Origin: Bacteroidales bacterium M6
GTDB lineage: Bacteria; Bacteroidota; Bacteroidia; Bacteroidales; Muribaculaceae
DNA length: 64,000 bases
Assembly: GCA_001689485.1 (NCBI GenBank)
Contig: LUJQ01000003.1
Location: 34,677 to 98,676 of the forward strand
Reading direction: 5' to 3'
Shown: positions 40,393 to 51,344 of the stretch, one piece after another
Position numbering within the stretch: position 1 is the stretch's first letter
Layout of the letters: each line of letters starts with the position of its first letter
Program-made: the position numbers and the translations under genes
The notes under the pieces: generated by a model
What the model was told of the DNA's origin: nothing
The model's database searches: none
What the model saw: the letters and a program-made list of their open reading frames with translations, nothing else

Positions 40393-43300
40393 TCACATCA
40401 TAACCTTCACACCGGCAACGACGTAGATGCCTGCGGGAAGCTCAACGGTGTTGCGTCCGGCTTCGAGTGAAAGCGAGGCGGCGAGGCGGCCGTTGATGTC
40501 ATAGATAGCAAGCACACGTGCTTCGGAAGCCACAATCACCATAAGGGAGCCTTCGCGTGAGATTGCGAGACCATCGGCATCCACACCTTCCACTATGTTG
40601 ATGCCCGACAAATTGTTGTTCTCAATCTTGAATGTATCGGCAGCACCGGCCTCATTGGCACGGATAAACACATTGAAATGAGACACGGCAGGGATTTCAC
40701 CGGCAGTCATATCGACCAGGCGGAACACTTCGCCTGTATCGTCAAGGAGGTAGTCGCCTTCGGTAACCATGCGGCTTTCGTAATCGCCGAACAGGGTGAA
40801 ATCCTTACCTGCATTGCAGATTTCGGTCGCTTCGGGAGTAAGCTGCACATCATACATCTCTGTCGACTGTTCCTCATCGCCTGCAACAGCCGACGACGAA
40901 CCGGTTGCGGAGAACACAGCCTTCACTTCGGCATCGCCATCGCCGTTGACACGGACCATGTAGGGTGTGTTAGGCTTGATTTCATCCTGAATCGACATGG
41001 TTTCATCTTTTTCGCTATAGAAACCGAACACGCTGATAGTGTTGGCGCCTTGTGATGCAACGCTGTGCTCCATGCCGTCAATCTCGATGTATGACGGTGA
41101 GAAGGGGAAGATGGCTCCGGTCCAGTTGTTGCTTACATTGCCGTCACGATACTTCAGCGGCATCTCTAACGATATGGTGTAATCGCCGAGATTGAAGCTG
41201 CCCGGGGCATGGAAGGGATATGCCGACGACAGGTTGATGTCGGTCAGCGCCTGACGCGTACCCGAACCGTTATAAACCACGTTGTGGACATCGGTAAGGG
41301 CGAAATTCAAATCAGATATAAAGATGAGGCAGTTGGGGTTGATTCCGGCAAATGACGCATCTGTAATGCCGTTGGCGCGAACCGCGCGACGGCCTGCGGC
41401 CGAACCGCCCTGGGTGTTAATCGTGATGCTGGTGAGGTTGTCGCAACCGGCAAAGGCATTTTCGCCGATAGCGTCGACAGAGTTGAGTGTGACCGATTCG
41501 AGGTTAGAGCAGCCGGCAAAGGCGTTGTCACCGATAGCGGTCACATTATCAGGAATCACCACGCTGCTGAGGCTTTCCATGTTCTCGAAAGCGTTGGCAG
41601 GGATTTCGGAGTTTTCAACACCCGAAAGGTCGAGAGTCTCAACCGACGTGAAGTTTTCACGGATAGCGGCACAATCCTCCTCGGTAAGCTCGCCGGTAAC
41701 ACCCATCGTGGTGATGTCGGCAGCATCCTCGGGATCCACAGTTGCAATTTCCGACGGTGTCAGAACGGCGCCGTCCGACGGAACCAATGTCACATCAATC
41801 GTTACATCGCCCTGGAGATTCGAAACAGTGTAGACACCATTCTCATCGGCCACGGCCACAGTCTTGGTATCAGCATACTCCGGATTGGCGCCGAACTTGG
41901 TCATAACATGGCTCAAAACGGTCACTTTGGGGGTCATGCCTGCCGACTTGGGAGTCACTGTGAACCTGTAGTCCTCACCCTCTTTAAAAAGTGTCGGCTT
42001 TTCTGACGATGCCGAATCGTAAACCGACATATCGACACCTCTCCACACATCCTGCTCATCAAGCTCTACAAACTCAAAGGGCGCATTTTCAGGCGCATTG
42101 ACATTTATCCGGTAATAGAATACAATATCAATCTTATGATTCTGAGGGCATTTGAGATTTGACGGATTGGTATAGTATGTATCAAAGACCACACTATATT
42201 GCCCATACTTAAGGTTAGAAGCCTTCGTGGTGCAATCAGTACCATTATCAAAAAGCTTGAACGCGATTCCGGGACGGCGTATCTCGTTACGGCTCAACGT
42301 GCAGTTCGGCAATCCAAGCGTCACTGAAGTTTCCGTTGCCGGACGTTCTATTTGAGTCAGCTCAAAATACTGGTTATAATTGAACACACGGGTTGGATCG
42401 ATCTGGATGTTGTAATAGATTTTGGATGTGGCCAGTTTCAGGCTGTTCCAATATTCTGCCGCTTCATAATTCGGCACAGCCCCGTCAGGAACTTCAAGAG
42501 TTATGTCGGCCGCATGTGAGGGGAAGGGGGTGCTGTAGCCGATCCTTGGAGGGATAGCGCCTTGCATCACGATCTTGCCCAACTTGGTACAATGTGTGAA
42601 TGCGCCTTCGCCGATATAGCCGACCGAAGCCGGGATGGTGAGTTCCGTTATATTCATACAACGATAGAACGCGTTGCTGTCAATGCTGCGTAGCTGTGTA
42701 GGCAACACAATCGACTGCAATGCCGACATTGCCATAGTGGTCGGGGCAAAAGCATTGGTCGGGATTGCATCGGCGTGGTCGCCTGCCCCCTTGATTTTCA
42801 AGTCGGCCAAATCGAGAGCCTTGATAACCGTGGCATGGCTGCGGAACGCATCAAACTCCGAATAACTGATTGTACCTGCCACTTTGAGACGCGCAGGGCA
42901 GTTGTTGGCAATCTTCGAAGCCAGCTCACCTTCCTTGACATTGATTACAAGGTAGGATTCGGCATTTTTGGGACTTACCTGCACGGTAATATCCAAATCC
43001 TCGGTAACAGCGGGGATTTTCACATCTACAATGTTCTTGTCGCTGCCCATAAGCTTGCCGTTGACCCATACGGCCACGACATCGGAATATGTTACGGCTG
43101 TAACCTTGAACGAGAAAGGCATACCGCGCACAACCTGGGTGGCTGCACCGCTGATTGTGGCACCCTGTATCTCCTCTGGCATGGTTACGGTGTGGTAAAC
43201 CACACGGTTGCCTACGGCGGAGATATAATCGGTCACATTATCGTCAACACCCTCTACGAGCCGCCATATCTTCTTGTTGGAGGATGTGGCCACGCGGATA

Positions 43301-46089
43301 AGGTTGCCTTCACGAACCGTAGCTTCCTTAACCTGGCAGGTGAATGAGCAGGGGAGGTCGCCATAGTTGCTTCCGCCATTTGTGATTATAGGTGAAATAA
43401 ATTCCTTGATAGCGCCTTTGGCATCGGTAAGCACGGCGGCATAGTACATCATGGCATTGTCGGCCGGAATCGACAGTGCGTTAACACGGATTGAGAAATT
43501 CTTGCCGGGAACCACGTTTACAACGTCGGTGCACATACCCACACCACCCTGCGATGCGGTGATTTTCCATGGGGAACCGCTGTAGGAAGGCGTGGGCTGT
43601 TTGAAACGGGTATAGATGAATGTATTTTCCTTCACAGAAACAGTATAGACGCCTGAAGCATCGGCTGTGAGGCGGGTGTTGTTGGCATACACTTCCATTG
43701 TGGCGTCGCCAAACGTATCGTCGGTCTCCACAGTGAATCTGTAGGATGCTCCCGGTTCGAATTCGGTTCCTTCGGTAAGCGCGGTGATTTTAACGCCCTG
43801 TATCTCCTGAAGGGTCACATTGCACTTGGTGACAGGGGCAGGATTTTCCTCGACAATCTCGCGGAATTCTTTCCAGTTCTCCTTCGAGGCATATGCGTTC
43901 TTCGAACCTACAGGCACCACAAGGCGAGCCTTGGGAGTACCGGTAAACACGCACCAGTTGACCCATGCAGGCGATGAACGGCGCACAATCACCTCGGCGA
44001 GGTCGCTACAGTTGAGGAAAATATTATATTCGTAGGTTGAAACCGAGGCCGGGATTTCGATTGAACGCAAACCTGTTACGTTGAAGCAGCCGCTTTTGAG
44101 CGTTGTCAGGTTTTTGGGAAGCACAATCCGCTTCAGCGACCAGTAGTTACGGAATGCCTTTGCAGGGATTGCATTGGCGGGGTTCGAACCGTTGGCCACG
44201 ATGGTCACACCCGAAAGGTCGAGGCTTGCCAGCTTCATCCGTTCGCGCATGAAGTTGAAATCGTTAACGTCGATTGTACCAAACAGGGTGAGGTCGGTAA
44301 TCGTACCGGCATCTGTGTCGCTGATGAGGGTGGAGAGTGTTCCTGCCGATACCCACAGGGCGCGTTTGCTCACCACATCGGCGGCATTCTGAACGATAAT
44401 CTGGATATTCTGGTCGGCAAGCACATTGTTCAGGCGGTAAACATTGTCCGTGCCGGGAGTGATGATAAAGCCGTTGGCTTTCACGGTCACAACCTTGTCG
44501 GCCGACTTGGGCGATACAGAGAATGAGAAATCACGGCCTTTGATTACCTTGTTGTCGGCAACCGAAACGTCAGCACCATCGACTGCCGAGGGGATATTGA
44601 CAGTGAAATACGGAATTACATTGCCCTTGGCCGGAACCTGGGCTATGGTGAGCAGGTCGCCTGCCACAGGGAGCCACTGGCCGTCGCCTACACGTGTAAC
44701 CAGGCGCACAACATCGCCTTCCACAACCGAAGCATCGGCAGGCACGGTGCATTTGAAATCGGCATATCCGCGTGAAAGAATCTGAAGCGAGGGGAGCGAC
44801 AGACCCTGGTCGGCGCTGATGAGGGTCTTCATAACATCGTCGGCGCCGAAGAGAGCCACTGCCACACGGCCTGAGAAATCCTCGAATGTTATATTCTTGA
44901 AGTTACCGGCACGCACGGTGAATTCCATGCCGGGAACCAGGTCGGTCACGCCTGTCGTCATACCGATCTGGCGCTCGTCGCTGGTGATATGGATGGGCGA
45001 CCATTCTGTCACGCCTGTTGCAGGCTTTATGTTATAGACAATAGTGGTCTGGTCGTTGAAGTTATAGTTGTGGCTTGCCTGCGGGTTGAGGGCATCGGAG
45101 GCGAAATAGCCGTTGGCAAGTCCGCCCCACCCCCAGTTGATGTGGAAGTAGGTGGATGAACCACGCTGCTCGTATCCGTCACACACAAAGGCGTGTCCGG
45201 CCGACACATCCTGACCGCTGTATAGCACGGGGCGGTCGGCATCTATTTCGGCAACAAGCACACGCTCCCAATCCTCCTTGCCCATTTCAGCGCGTTTCTT
45301 GTAGGATACACCTGCATCATAACCGAAATTGTTGATTAATGCGGCAGGCACACGGACTTCGAACGCGCTCGAGCTTGACATGCCGAAGTCGGTAAGGATA
45401 GCCTGGGCGGCGTGGCTCACAACAGTGGCCACAGCCGTAGCCTCGACGTCGGAATAGCCGTTGCGGTAGTTGTCGGTGCGCATATTTTCCCAATCGTAGG
45501 CCACATTGAAATCCACATTGCCAACCGAACCGCGTCCCTGTGCGGGGTGGTTGTGATGCTTCATGATAGTGGCAAGGGCTGTGCCGACGCACCCTACGAG
45601 GCGGCGTCCGGGAATAAGGTTGTTAAACGGCGCTTCCTGGCTCCAGGGGGCTGTGTTAAGTTCCTTTCTGGCACCTGCTTCGGCACGTGCCATAATGCGC
45701 CTGCTTGCGCCAGCAGGTGCGGCGGAAATCTCGGTAGCAACAGCCGAGAGCATCGAGGCTGTTGTGGGCGGCACATCGGCCGCATCATAACCGGCATCGT
45801 AGGAGTAACCGATTACAGGCGAAACCTTGTCATCGGCGGCAACGATGATAAAACCACGTCCGTCGACAGCGTTGAACACATAGAACACCGGCACACCTGC
45901 GCTGTTCTTGGCGGTATGCACAAGTTGTAACGCCGACGGGTCGGCAAGACGCGACACCTTCCCTGCATGGAAGAAGTCGGCAGCGATGCCCTGGGCATCG
46001 TCAACTGAGAGCACCCCCGCATTCACAGATGGGAACGCGAGTAATGCGCACAGCGAAAACAATAACATCTTTAAGGAATGTAGCGACAT
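40393..46089 (-). CDS. C10 family (streptopain-like) cysteine peptidase with propeptide, BspA-like LRR blocks and T9SS-type CTD
   Basis: GFIIVAADD..PVIGYS prodomain; WSQEAPFN, VGCVGTA, GHAFVCDGY, HINWGWGG; LRR_5 repeats such as IPDNVTAIGDNAFAGC; 1898 aa. Confidence 0.9.
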   Translation of the reverse strand: MSLHSLKMLLFSLCALLAFPSVNAGVLSVDDAQGIAADFFHAGKVSRLADPSALQLVHTAKNSAGVPVFYVFNAVDGRGFIIVAADDKVSPVIGYSYDAGYDAADVPPTTASMLSAVATEISAAPAGASRRIMARAEAGARKELNTAPWSQEAPFNNLIPGRRLVGCVGTALATIMKHHNHPAQGRGSVGNVDFNVAYDWENMRTDNYRNGYSDVEATAVATVVSHAAQAILTDFGMSSSSAFEVRVPAALINNFGYDAGVSYKKRAEMGKEDWERVLVAEIDADRPVLYSGQDVSAGHAFVCDGYEQRGSSTYFHINWGWGGLANGYFASDALNPQASHNYNFNDQTTIVYNIKPATGVTEWSPIHITSDERQIGMTTGVTDLVPGMEFTVRAGNFKNITFEDFSGRVAVALFGADDVMKTLISADQGLSLPSLQILSRGYADFKCTVPADASVVEGDVVRLVTRVGDGQWLPVAGDLLTIAQVPAKGNVIPYFTVNIPSAVDGADVSVADNKVIKGRDFSFSVSPKSADKVVTVKANGFIITPGTDNVYRLNNVLADQNIQIIVQNAADVVSKRALWVSAGTLSTLISDTDAGTITDLTLFGTIDVNDFNFMRERMKLASLDLSGVTIVANGSNPANAIPAKAFRNYWSLKRIVLPKNLTTLKSGCFNVTGLRSIEIPASVSTYEYNIFLNCSDLAEVIVRRSSPAWVNWCVFTGTPKARLVVPVGSKNAYASKENWKEFREIVEENPAPVTKCNVTLQEIQGVKITALTEGTEFEPGASYRFTVETDDTFGDATMEVYANNTRLTADASGVYTVSVKENTFIYTRFKQPTPSYSGSPWKITASQGGVGMCTDVVNVVPGKNFSIRVNALSIPADNAMMYYAAVLTDAKGAIKEFISPIITNGGSNYGDLPCSFTCQVKEATVREGNLIRVATSSNKKIWRLVEGVDDNVTDYISAVGNRVVYHTVTMPEEIQGATISGAATQVVRGMPFSFKVTAVTYSDVVAVWVNGKLMGSDKNIVDVKIPAVTEDLDITVQVSPKNAESYLVINVKEGELASKIANNCPARLKVAGTISYSEFDAFRSHATVIKALDLADLKIKGAGDHADAIPTNAFAPTTMAMSALQSIVLPTQLRSIDSNAFYRCMNITELTIPASVGYIGEGAFTHCTKLGKIVMQGAIPPRIGYSTPFPSHAADITLEVPDGAVPNYEAAEYWNSLKLATSKIYYNIQIDPTRVFNYNQYFELTQIERPATETSVTLGLPNCTLSRNEIRRPGIAFKLFDNGTDCTTKASNLKYGQYSVVFDTYYTNPSNLKCPQNHKIDIVFYYRINVNAPENAPFEFVELDEQDVWRGVDMSVYDSASSEKPTLFKEGEDYRFTVTPKSAGMTPKVTVLSHVMTKFGANPEYADTKTVAVADENGVYTVSNLQGDVTIDVTLVPSDGAVLTPSEIATVDPEDAADITTMGVTGELTEEDCAAIRENFTSVETLDLSGVENSEIPANAFENMESLSSVVIPDNVTAIGDNAFAGCSNLESVTLNSVDAIGENAFAGCDNLTSITINTQGGSAAGRRAVRANGITDASFAGINPNCLIFISDLNFALTDVHNVVYNGSGTRQALTDINLSSAYPFHAPGSFNLGDYTISLEMPLKYRDGNVSNNWTGAIFPFSPSYIEIDGMEHSVASQGANTISVFGFYSEKDETMSIQDEIKPNTPYMVRVNGDGDAEVKAVFSATGSSSAVAGDEEQSTEMYDVQLTPEATEICNAGKDFTLFGDYESRMVTEGDYLLDDTGEVFRLVDMTAGEIPAVSHFNVFIRANEAGAADTFKIENNNLSGINIVEGVDADGLAISREGSLMVIVASEARVLAIYDINGRLAASLSLEAGRNTVELPAGIYVVAGVKVMM

Positions 46090-46299
46090 AGCTTTAGCTG
46101 TTAATTTTTCCGTTAGTGTTAAAGATAAAAAGAATTAATATTACCGATTCAAAAAAATAATTCACAAGAATTTCGGACTTATGCAAGCGTCACCCGAATA
46201 AGGATGACCACACTATCCAATGAATGAGCACGTTAACATCTCATCAATGTGCCTTCATCAAAAGCGACTGCAAATTTAGGCATATTTCACAATCCCACG

Positions 46300-46335
46300 A
46301 AAAAACAGCCCGGCTAATTCGTCAGCCGGGCTGTT
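46300..46335 (-). terminator. Intrinsic terminator of the fucose operon
   Basis: AACAGCCCGGCT/AGCCGGGCTGTT stem with A-run on the left. Confidence 0.75.
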
Positions 46336-46365
46336 AATATGTGTTTAAAGGAGTTCGATCTGTTG

Positions 46366-47682
46366 TCAGCGGGTTTCAAGTTCCACGATATAGTCAATCG
46401 TGGCCTGACGTTCGGGCAGGTGCAATGTTATGCCCCCGTCCTTGCGCTTGGTGTAGCGCAGAGGCGATTTGTCGCCGTAGGCTGTGGCCTTGCGCACTTT
46501 GCATGTCAGCGGCAGGTCGATATCCCTGGCCTGGCCGTCCCATACATGGACGAACAACCGGTTACCCTTGCGGGTGGAAGTTCCCCAGTCGCGTGCCTCG
46601 AAATCACCGGCCGATGTGCCATAGATGGTTTCGCCGTTGGCCTTCAGCCACTCGCCGATTTCGGCCAACCGTGTCATAGCTGCCTCGGGAAGCTCCCCGT
46701 TAGGCTGCGGGCCTACATTAAGCAACAGGTTCGCACCCATGCCTGCGGCCTTTACAAGCTGGCGTATGATTTCGTCGGTGGTTTTATAGTTCTGGTCGGC
46801 AATCTTGTATCCCCACATACCGTTCATGGTGTTGCAGGTTTCCAACGGCAGCGGGCTTATATCCTGACCCGACAGCCCGGCGGTGTTCTCACCGGGGAGG
46901 TCGCGTTCGAAAATCTGTATATCCTCACCGGGGAACGGCGTTTCATGATGGTTGTTGCCAATCATACACGAAGGCTGCAGGTTATGAATCATGCGGTATT
47001 GCTCTTCAAGCTGCCAGTCAAACGGCACCGAATCGCAGTCATGATCCCAAAAACCGTCGAACCACACAGCCCTTACCGGCCCATAACCTGTAAGCAGCTC
47101 GGTCAGCTGCCTGTTCATGAAGCCGTAATATGAATCCCAGTCCCTGCGTCCGGGGTCGCGCCCGGTGTTCAGCCCGGTGCGCCCCGACGGGTAATCCTCC
47201 CTTGTCCAGTCGATATGCGAATAATACAGATGGAGCTTTACCCCCTGACGGTGGCATTCGTCGGCCAGCTCCTTAAGGATGTCGCGCCCGAATGGTGTCG
47301 CATCAACGATATTATAAGGGCTTTGACCCGTGTGCCACATCGAGAAACCGTCGTGATGGCGGGTCGTGAATGTGATGTAGCGTGCCCCTGAGTTCTTGAT
47401 TGCCTCAACCCATTCCCTGGCATCGAAATCCGCCGGATAAAAGCCCCGTGCGGCCTTGGCATACTCCTTGGCGTTTATATTGTTGTTAAGGTACCATTCA
47501 CCCTGCCCGAACATGCTGTAAATGCCCCAGTGGATGAAAATGCCGAACCTGTCGGCCGAAAATTCCTCCTGCGACTTTTTCACCTCGGGTGTGGGTGTGT
47601 AGGTTTGGGCCATAGCGCCCGAACCGGCGAGCATTATCGCCGCCGAGGCAGCAATAGCTTTAAAAATGTTATGTCTATACAT
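46366..47682 (-). CDS. Alpha-L-fucosidase (GH29)
   Basis: FGIFIHWGIYS, TTRHHDGF, LYYSHIDW, VWFDG, NLLLNVGP; signal peptide. Confidence 0.93.
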   Translation of the reverse strand: MYRHNIFKAIAASAAIMLAGSGAMAQTYTPTPEVKKSQEEFSADRFGIFIHWGIYSMFGQGEWYLNNNINAKEYAKAARGFYPADFDAREWVEAIKNSGARYITFTTRHHDGFSMWHTGQSPYNIVDATPFGRDILKELADECHRQGVKLHLYYSHIDWTREDYPSGRTGLNTGRDPGRRDWDSYYGFMNRQLTELLTGYGPVRAVWFDGFWDHDCDSVPFDWQLEEQYRMIHNLQPSCMIGNNHHETPFPGEDIQIFERDLPGENTAGLSGQDISPLPLETCNTMNGMWGYKIADQNYKTTDEIIRQLVKAAGMGANLLLNVGPQPNGELPEAAMTRLAEIGEWLKANGETIYGTSAGDFEARDWGTSTRKGNRLFVHVWDGQARDIDLPLTCKVRKATAYGDKSPLRYTKRKDGGITLHLPERQATIDYIVELETR

Positions 47683-47694
47683 GGTTATAATGGT

Positions 47695-48033
47695 TTATAA
47701 TTCAAATATCTGGCTCATCATCCGCCATTTCCCGGCTGATGTGGCCGAAGGGTCGCACTGCTGTGCACGCCCTACATACTCCTCCCATTCCTGCTGACGC
47801 GGCAGGGTGGCCATCCGTGCCATCGCTGCATCAAAATCAAAATCGTCGGGAGCTTCCATAATCATCACAAGGCGGGTTCCGTCGCGGTATATATCCATGC
47901 GGGTTATCCCCACCTCCTTTATCCCGGCCACTATTTCAGGCCATATTTCCAACGGGCTGTGAGCCTTGACATAGAAGTCGACAAGTTCGGGGTCGTCGAC
48001 CAAATCCAATGTCTGTACGTATCTTTTAGCCAT
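47695..48033 (-). CDS. L-rhamnose/L-fucose mutarotase family protein
   Basis: Y...H....WPEI...I...GI..M.IY pattern; inside the fucose operon. Confidence 0.85.
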   Translation of the reverse strand: MAKRYVQTLDLVDDPELVDFYVKAHSPLEIWPEIVAGIKEVGITRMDIYRDGTRLVMIMEAPDDFDFDAAMARMATLPRQQEWEEYVGRAQQCDPSATSAGKWRMMSQIFEL

Positions 48034-48035
48034 GG

Positions 48036-49349
48036 TTATCTTATCTTTTTCTCAAATCCGGTTGTATATGCCCCGTAGCATGCAACAATTACAAAGCACA
48101 CCAGCGGGAGGATGAACGATGCGTTTACGGCAGGCATGCCCCAGACCGTTTCCAAGTCGATAATCGCGCCCTGCAACGGGGGCATCAACGCCCCGCCCAC
48201 AATAGCCATCACAAGGAATGCCGCCCCGAGCGAGGTGTCGCGCTCATCGACCTTCTCCAATGCGATGCCGTAGATGCTCGGAAACATTATCGACATAAAC
48301 GCGCTGATAGCCACGAGGAAGTAAAGCCCGACCATACCCTCGACCAGGATGGTTGCCAACGTACACAAGGCGGCACATACGCCGAACACCGCCAGCAACA
48401 CTGCCGGACGTACATATTTCATCATATAAGTACCAACAAACCTGAAGCCCAAGGCCAGCGACATGGCAACGATGTTGTAGAGCTGCGCCGTGGCTTTGTT
48501 GATGCCGAGGTTCCCTGCATACTGGATTATGAAAGTCCACACCATAATCTGGGCGGCCACATAGAACATCTGCGTGAGCACACCCCACCTGTACGGGTGG
48601 TTATGCCAAAGGTGACGCAATGTCGCGCCTGCATCAACCTTTTCACCGCGTTGGTCGGTGCGCGGCATCCTGACGAGGGCTATTATCACAAACATCACCA
48701 ACACCACCAGCCCGATAGCCACATAGGGGTCGCGGATAACAGCCAGGTCATGGGTGCGGATAGCGGCTTTCTCCGAAGCGTCAAGGGTGTTGAACACCAG
48801 GTTTCCGGCACTGTCGCGCACATCGGAAAGCAGGTTGGGGAGCACCACGAACGATGCTATCGCCATGCCCGACAGCGACCCTACGGGGTTGAAAGCCTGT
48901 GCCATGTTCAAGCGGCGCGTCGATGTTTCCTTGTCGCCCAGCGAAAGGATATAGGGATTAGCCGTAGTTTCAAGAAAGGCAAGGCCGAAGGTAAGCACAT
49001 AGAGCGATACGCAGAAAAAGGCAAAACTCTGCTGCATTGCCGCCGGGATGAAAAGGAAGGCACCGGCCGCATACAGCCCCAGGCCGAGAAGAATCCCGCT
49101 CTTGTAGCTTGAACGGCGGATAAACAGAGCCGCAGGTATGGCCATAGTGGCATACCCCCCGTAGAATGCGAACTGCACAAGCGAAGCCTGCGCGGTCGAT
49201 ATTTCCATCACATCCTTAAAGGCCGCCACCATGGGATTGGTTATGTCGTTGGCAAAGCCCCAAAGTGCAAACAGCGTGGTGATGAGTATAAACGGGAGCA
49301 CATACCGTTTTTCAATCAATGCAGGTCGTTTATGACTTGTATGACTCAT
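48036..49349 (-). CDS. fucP: L-fucose:H+ symporter
   Basis: LFALWGFAND, FLETTANPY, RRLNMAQAFNP, MSIMFPSIY, MAIVGGA. Confidence 0.93.
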   Translation of the reverse strand: MSHTSHKRPALIEKRYVLPFILITTLFALWGFANDITNPMVAAFKDVMEISTAQASLVQFAFYGGYATMAIPAALFIRRSSYKSGILLGLGLYAAGAFLFIPAAMQQSFAFFCVSLYVLTFGLAFLETTANPYILSLGDKETSTRRLNMAQAFNPVGSLSGMAIASFVVLPNLLSDVRDSAGNLVFNTLDASEKAAIRTHDLAVIRDPYVAIGLVVLVMFVIIALVRMPRTDQRGEKVDAGATLRHLWHNHPYRWGVLTQMFYVAAQIMVWTFIIQYAGNLGINKATAQLYNIVAMSLALGFRFVGTYMMKYVRPAVLLAVFGVCAALCTLATILVEGMVGLYFLVAISAFMSIMFPSIYGIALEKVDERDTSLGAAFLVMAIVGGALMPPLQGAIIDLETVWGMPAVNASFILPLVCFVIVACYGAYTTGFEKKIR

Positions 49350-49488
49350 TATGATTTAAGGTTATAGGCAGGTAGTAAACGGTCGGCAGGCGGTGTGTTA
49401 TTTCCGCCCGGATGGCGGGGATGGTGTCATAACGGCTCCTACGGCAGGAACTGTTATGACACACCCCGTTGACCGTGCAGAAAGTTTA

Positions 49489-51267
49489 TTATTTATAAAT
49501 CGGGCCGTAGTTCTGGCAAGCGCGATAGTCGGCACCCTCTTTATCCATGCCGAACGCGTTCCATGCCGACGGACGGAATATCTCGGCGTCAGTGACATTG
49601 TGCATGCACACAGGGATACGCAGAATCGAGGCAAGGGTGATGAGGTCGGCACCGATATGGCCATAGGATATTGCGCCATGGTTGGCTCCCCAGTTGTTCA
49701 TCACCGAATACACATCCTTGAATGCATCGCGCCCAGGGCAGAGACGCGGCACAAACCATGTGGTAGGCCAGGTCGGGTCGGTGCGCTTGTCGAGCACTTT
49801 GTTGATTTCAGGGTCGATATCGACAGTCCACCCTTCGGCAATCTGCAACACCGGGCCAAGACCTTTCACAAGGTTCAGACGGCTCATTGTAACCGGCATC
49901 CCGCCACGGGTAAGGAAATTGCTTGAGAAACCGCCCCCACGGAAATAGTCGCGGTTGGCAGGATACCATGTGGTGGCCTTCAGGCATGCCTCCACATCAG
50001 CTTCGGTCATCTCCCACGACGGCTTCATGCACGGCTCGCCCTGGCCGTTGACGCTACGGCCTGTGGCGTCGAGCGTGGTGGCGCCGGAGTTGATAAGGTG
50101 GATGATGCCTCCGGCGGCACGCCCTGTCAATTCCCTGCCTGTTACACGTTTAACCGCTTCAGGGCTCCAGTATGTACGCACATCGGAGAACATCTGGCCG
50201 CAACCTGTGAGCAGGTGCCCGAACAGCATGGCAACACCGTTGCAGGCATCGTTCTCTGTGGCCAGCACGAATGCCTCGCGTATGCCGTTCCAGTCGAACG
50301 AGGTGTTCATCAGCGCTTCCGTATAGTCGCCGTTGGGCTTCCAGTCAGTCCACTGGCGCTGCCCCTGGAATCCTCCGGCTATGGCATTATGGCCAAGGGC
50401 TTCCTCCTTGAATCCCATTTCGCGCAAACGGGGATTTCCCTGCATGAGGTCGCGCACAATCAGGGTCATCTTCACGATAAATTCCCAGTCGGCATCCTTC
50501 TGCTCGCGGGTTTTCTGCTTTTCGGGGCGGTTGGTGAAATCCTCACCTTCGTTGCATTTGCAATATTTCTCCGTCCATGCCATAGCCTTGGCATATTCTT
50601 CGTGGTCGTAGATGCCCTCTTCCATACGGCGGAGTATCTCCGTTTCGTCGACACTCTCGTTGCGCATGCCGAGATATTCCTGGAAAAAGGCGGGGTCGAC
50701 AATCGACCCGGCGATACCCATGCACATGCTGCCTATTGACAGATAGCTCTTTCCGCGCATCAATGCCACAGCAAGGGCGGCACGTGTGAAACGCAGCAAT
50801 TTGCCTGCAACATCGGCAGGGATGGTGTTATCGTCGAGGTCCTGTACGTCATGGCCGTAGATGCCGAATGCCGGCAGACCTTTCTGCGCATGGCCTGCAA
50901 GCACGGCTGCGAGGTAGACGGCGCCCGGACGTTCCGTGCCGTTGAAGCCCCACACGGCTTTCGGCCAATGGGGATGCATATCCATTGTTTCCGAGCCGTA
51001 ACACCAGCAGGATGTTACCGTGATTGTGGCTCCCACCCCTTCGCGTTCGAACTTCCCGGCACAGGCGGCAGCTTCGGCAACGCGCCCTATAGTGCTGTCG
51101 GCAATCACACATTCAACAGGTGTGCCGTCGGGATATCGCAGGTTCGTGCTAATCAGTTCGGCAACGGCCTTGGCCAGGTTCATGGTCTTATCCTCAAGAC
51201 TTTCACGCACGCCCCCCTGGCGTCCGTCAATGGTAGGTCTGATACCTATTTTTGGATAATTATTCAT
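49489..51267 (-). CDS. fucI: L-fucose isomerase
   Basis: [51 protein letters not shown]. Confidence 0.97.
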   Translation of the reverse strand: MNNYPKIGIRPTIDGRQGGVRESLEDKTMNLAKAVAELISTNLRYPDGTPVECVIADSTIGRVAEAAACAGKFEREGVGATITVTSCWCYGSETMDMHPHWPKAVWGFNGTERPGAVYLAAVLAGHAQKGLPAFGIYGHDVQDLDDNTIPADVAGKLLRFTRAALAVALMRGKSYLSIGSMCMGIAGSIVDPAFFQEYLGMRNESVDETEILRRMEEGIYDHEEYAKAMAWTEKYCKCNEGEDFTNRPEKQKTREQKDADWEFIVKMTLIVRDLMQGNPRLREMGFKEEALGHNAIAGGFQGQRQWTDWKPNGDYTEALMNTSFDWNGIREAFVLATENDACNGVAMLFGHLLTGCGQMFSDVRTYWSPEAVKRVTGRELTGRAAGGIIHLINSGATTLDATGRSVNGQGEPCMKPSWEMTEADVEACLKATTWYPANRDYFRGGGFSSNFLTRGGMPVTMSRLNLVKGLGPVLQIAEGWTVDIDPEINKVLDKRTDPTWPTTWFVPRLCPGRDAFKDVYSVMNNWGANHGAISYGHIGADLITLASILRIPVCMHNVTDAEIFRPSAWNAFGMDKEGADYRACQNYGPIYK

Positions 51268-51344
51268 TGATTGGTTACTGTTATGATTAATTATTTCAAT
51301 TTCTTGCTTATGAAGTATATGCCGTAAAGTAACGGGGTATGGCG

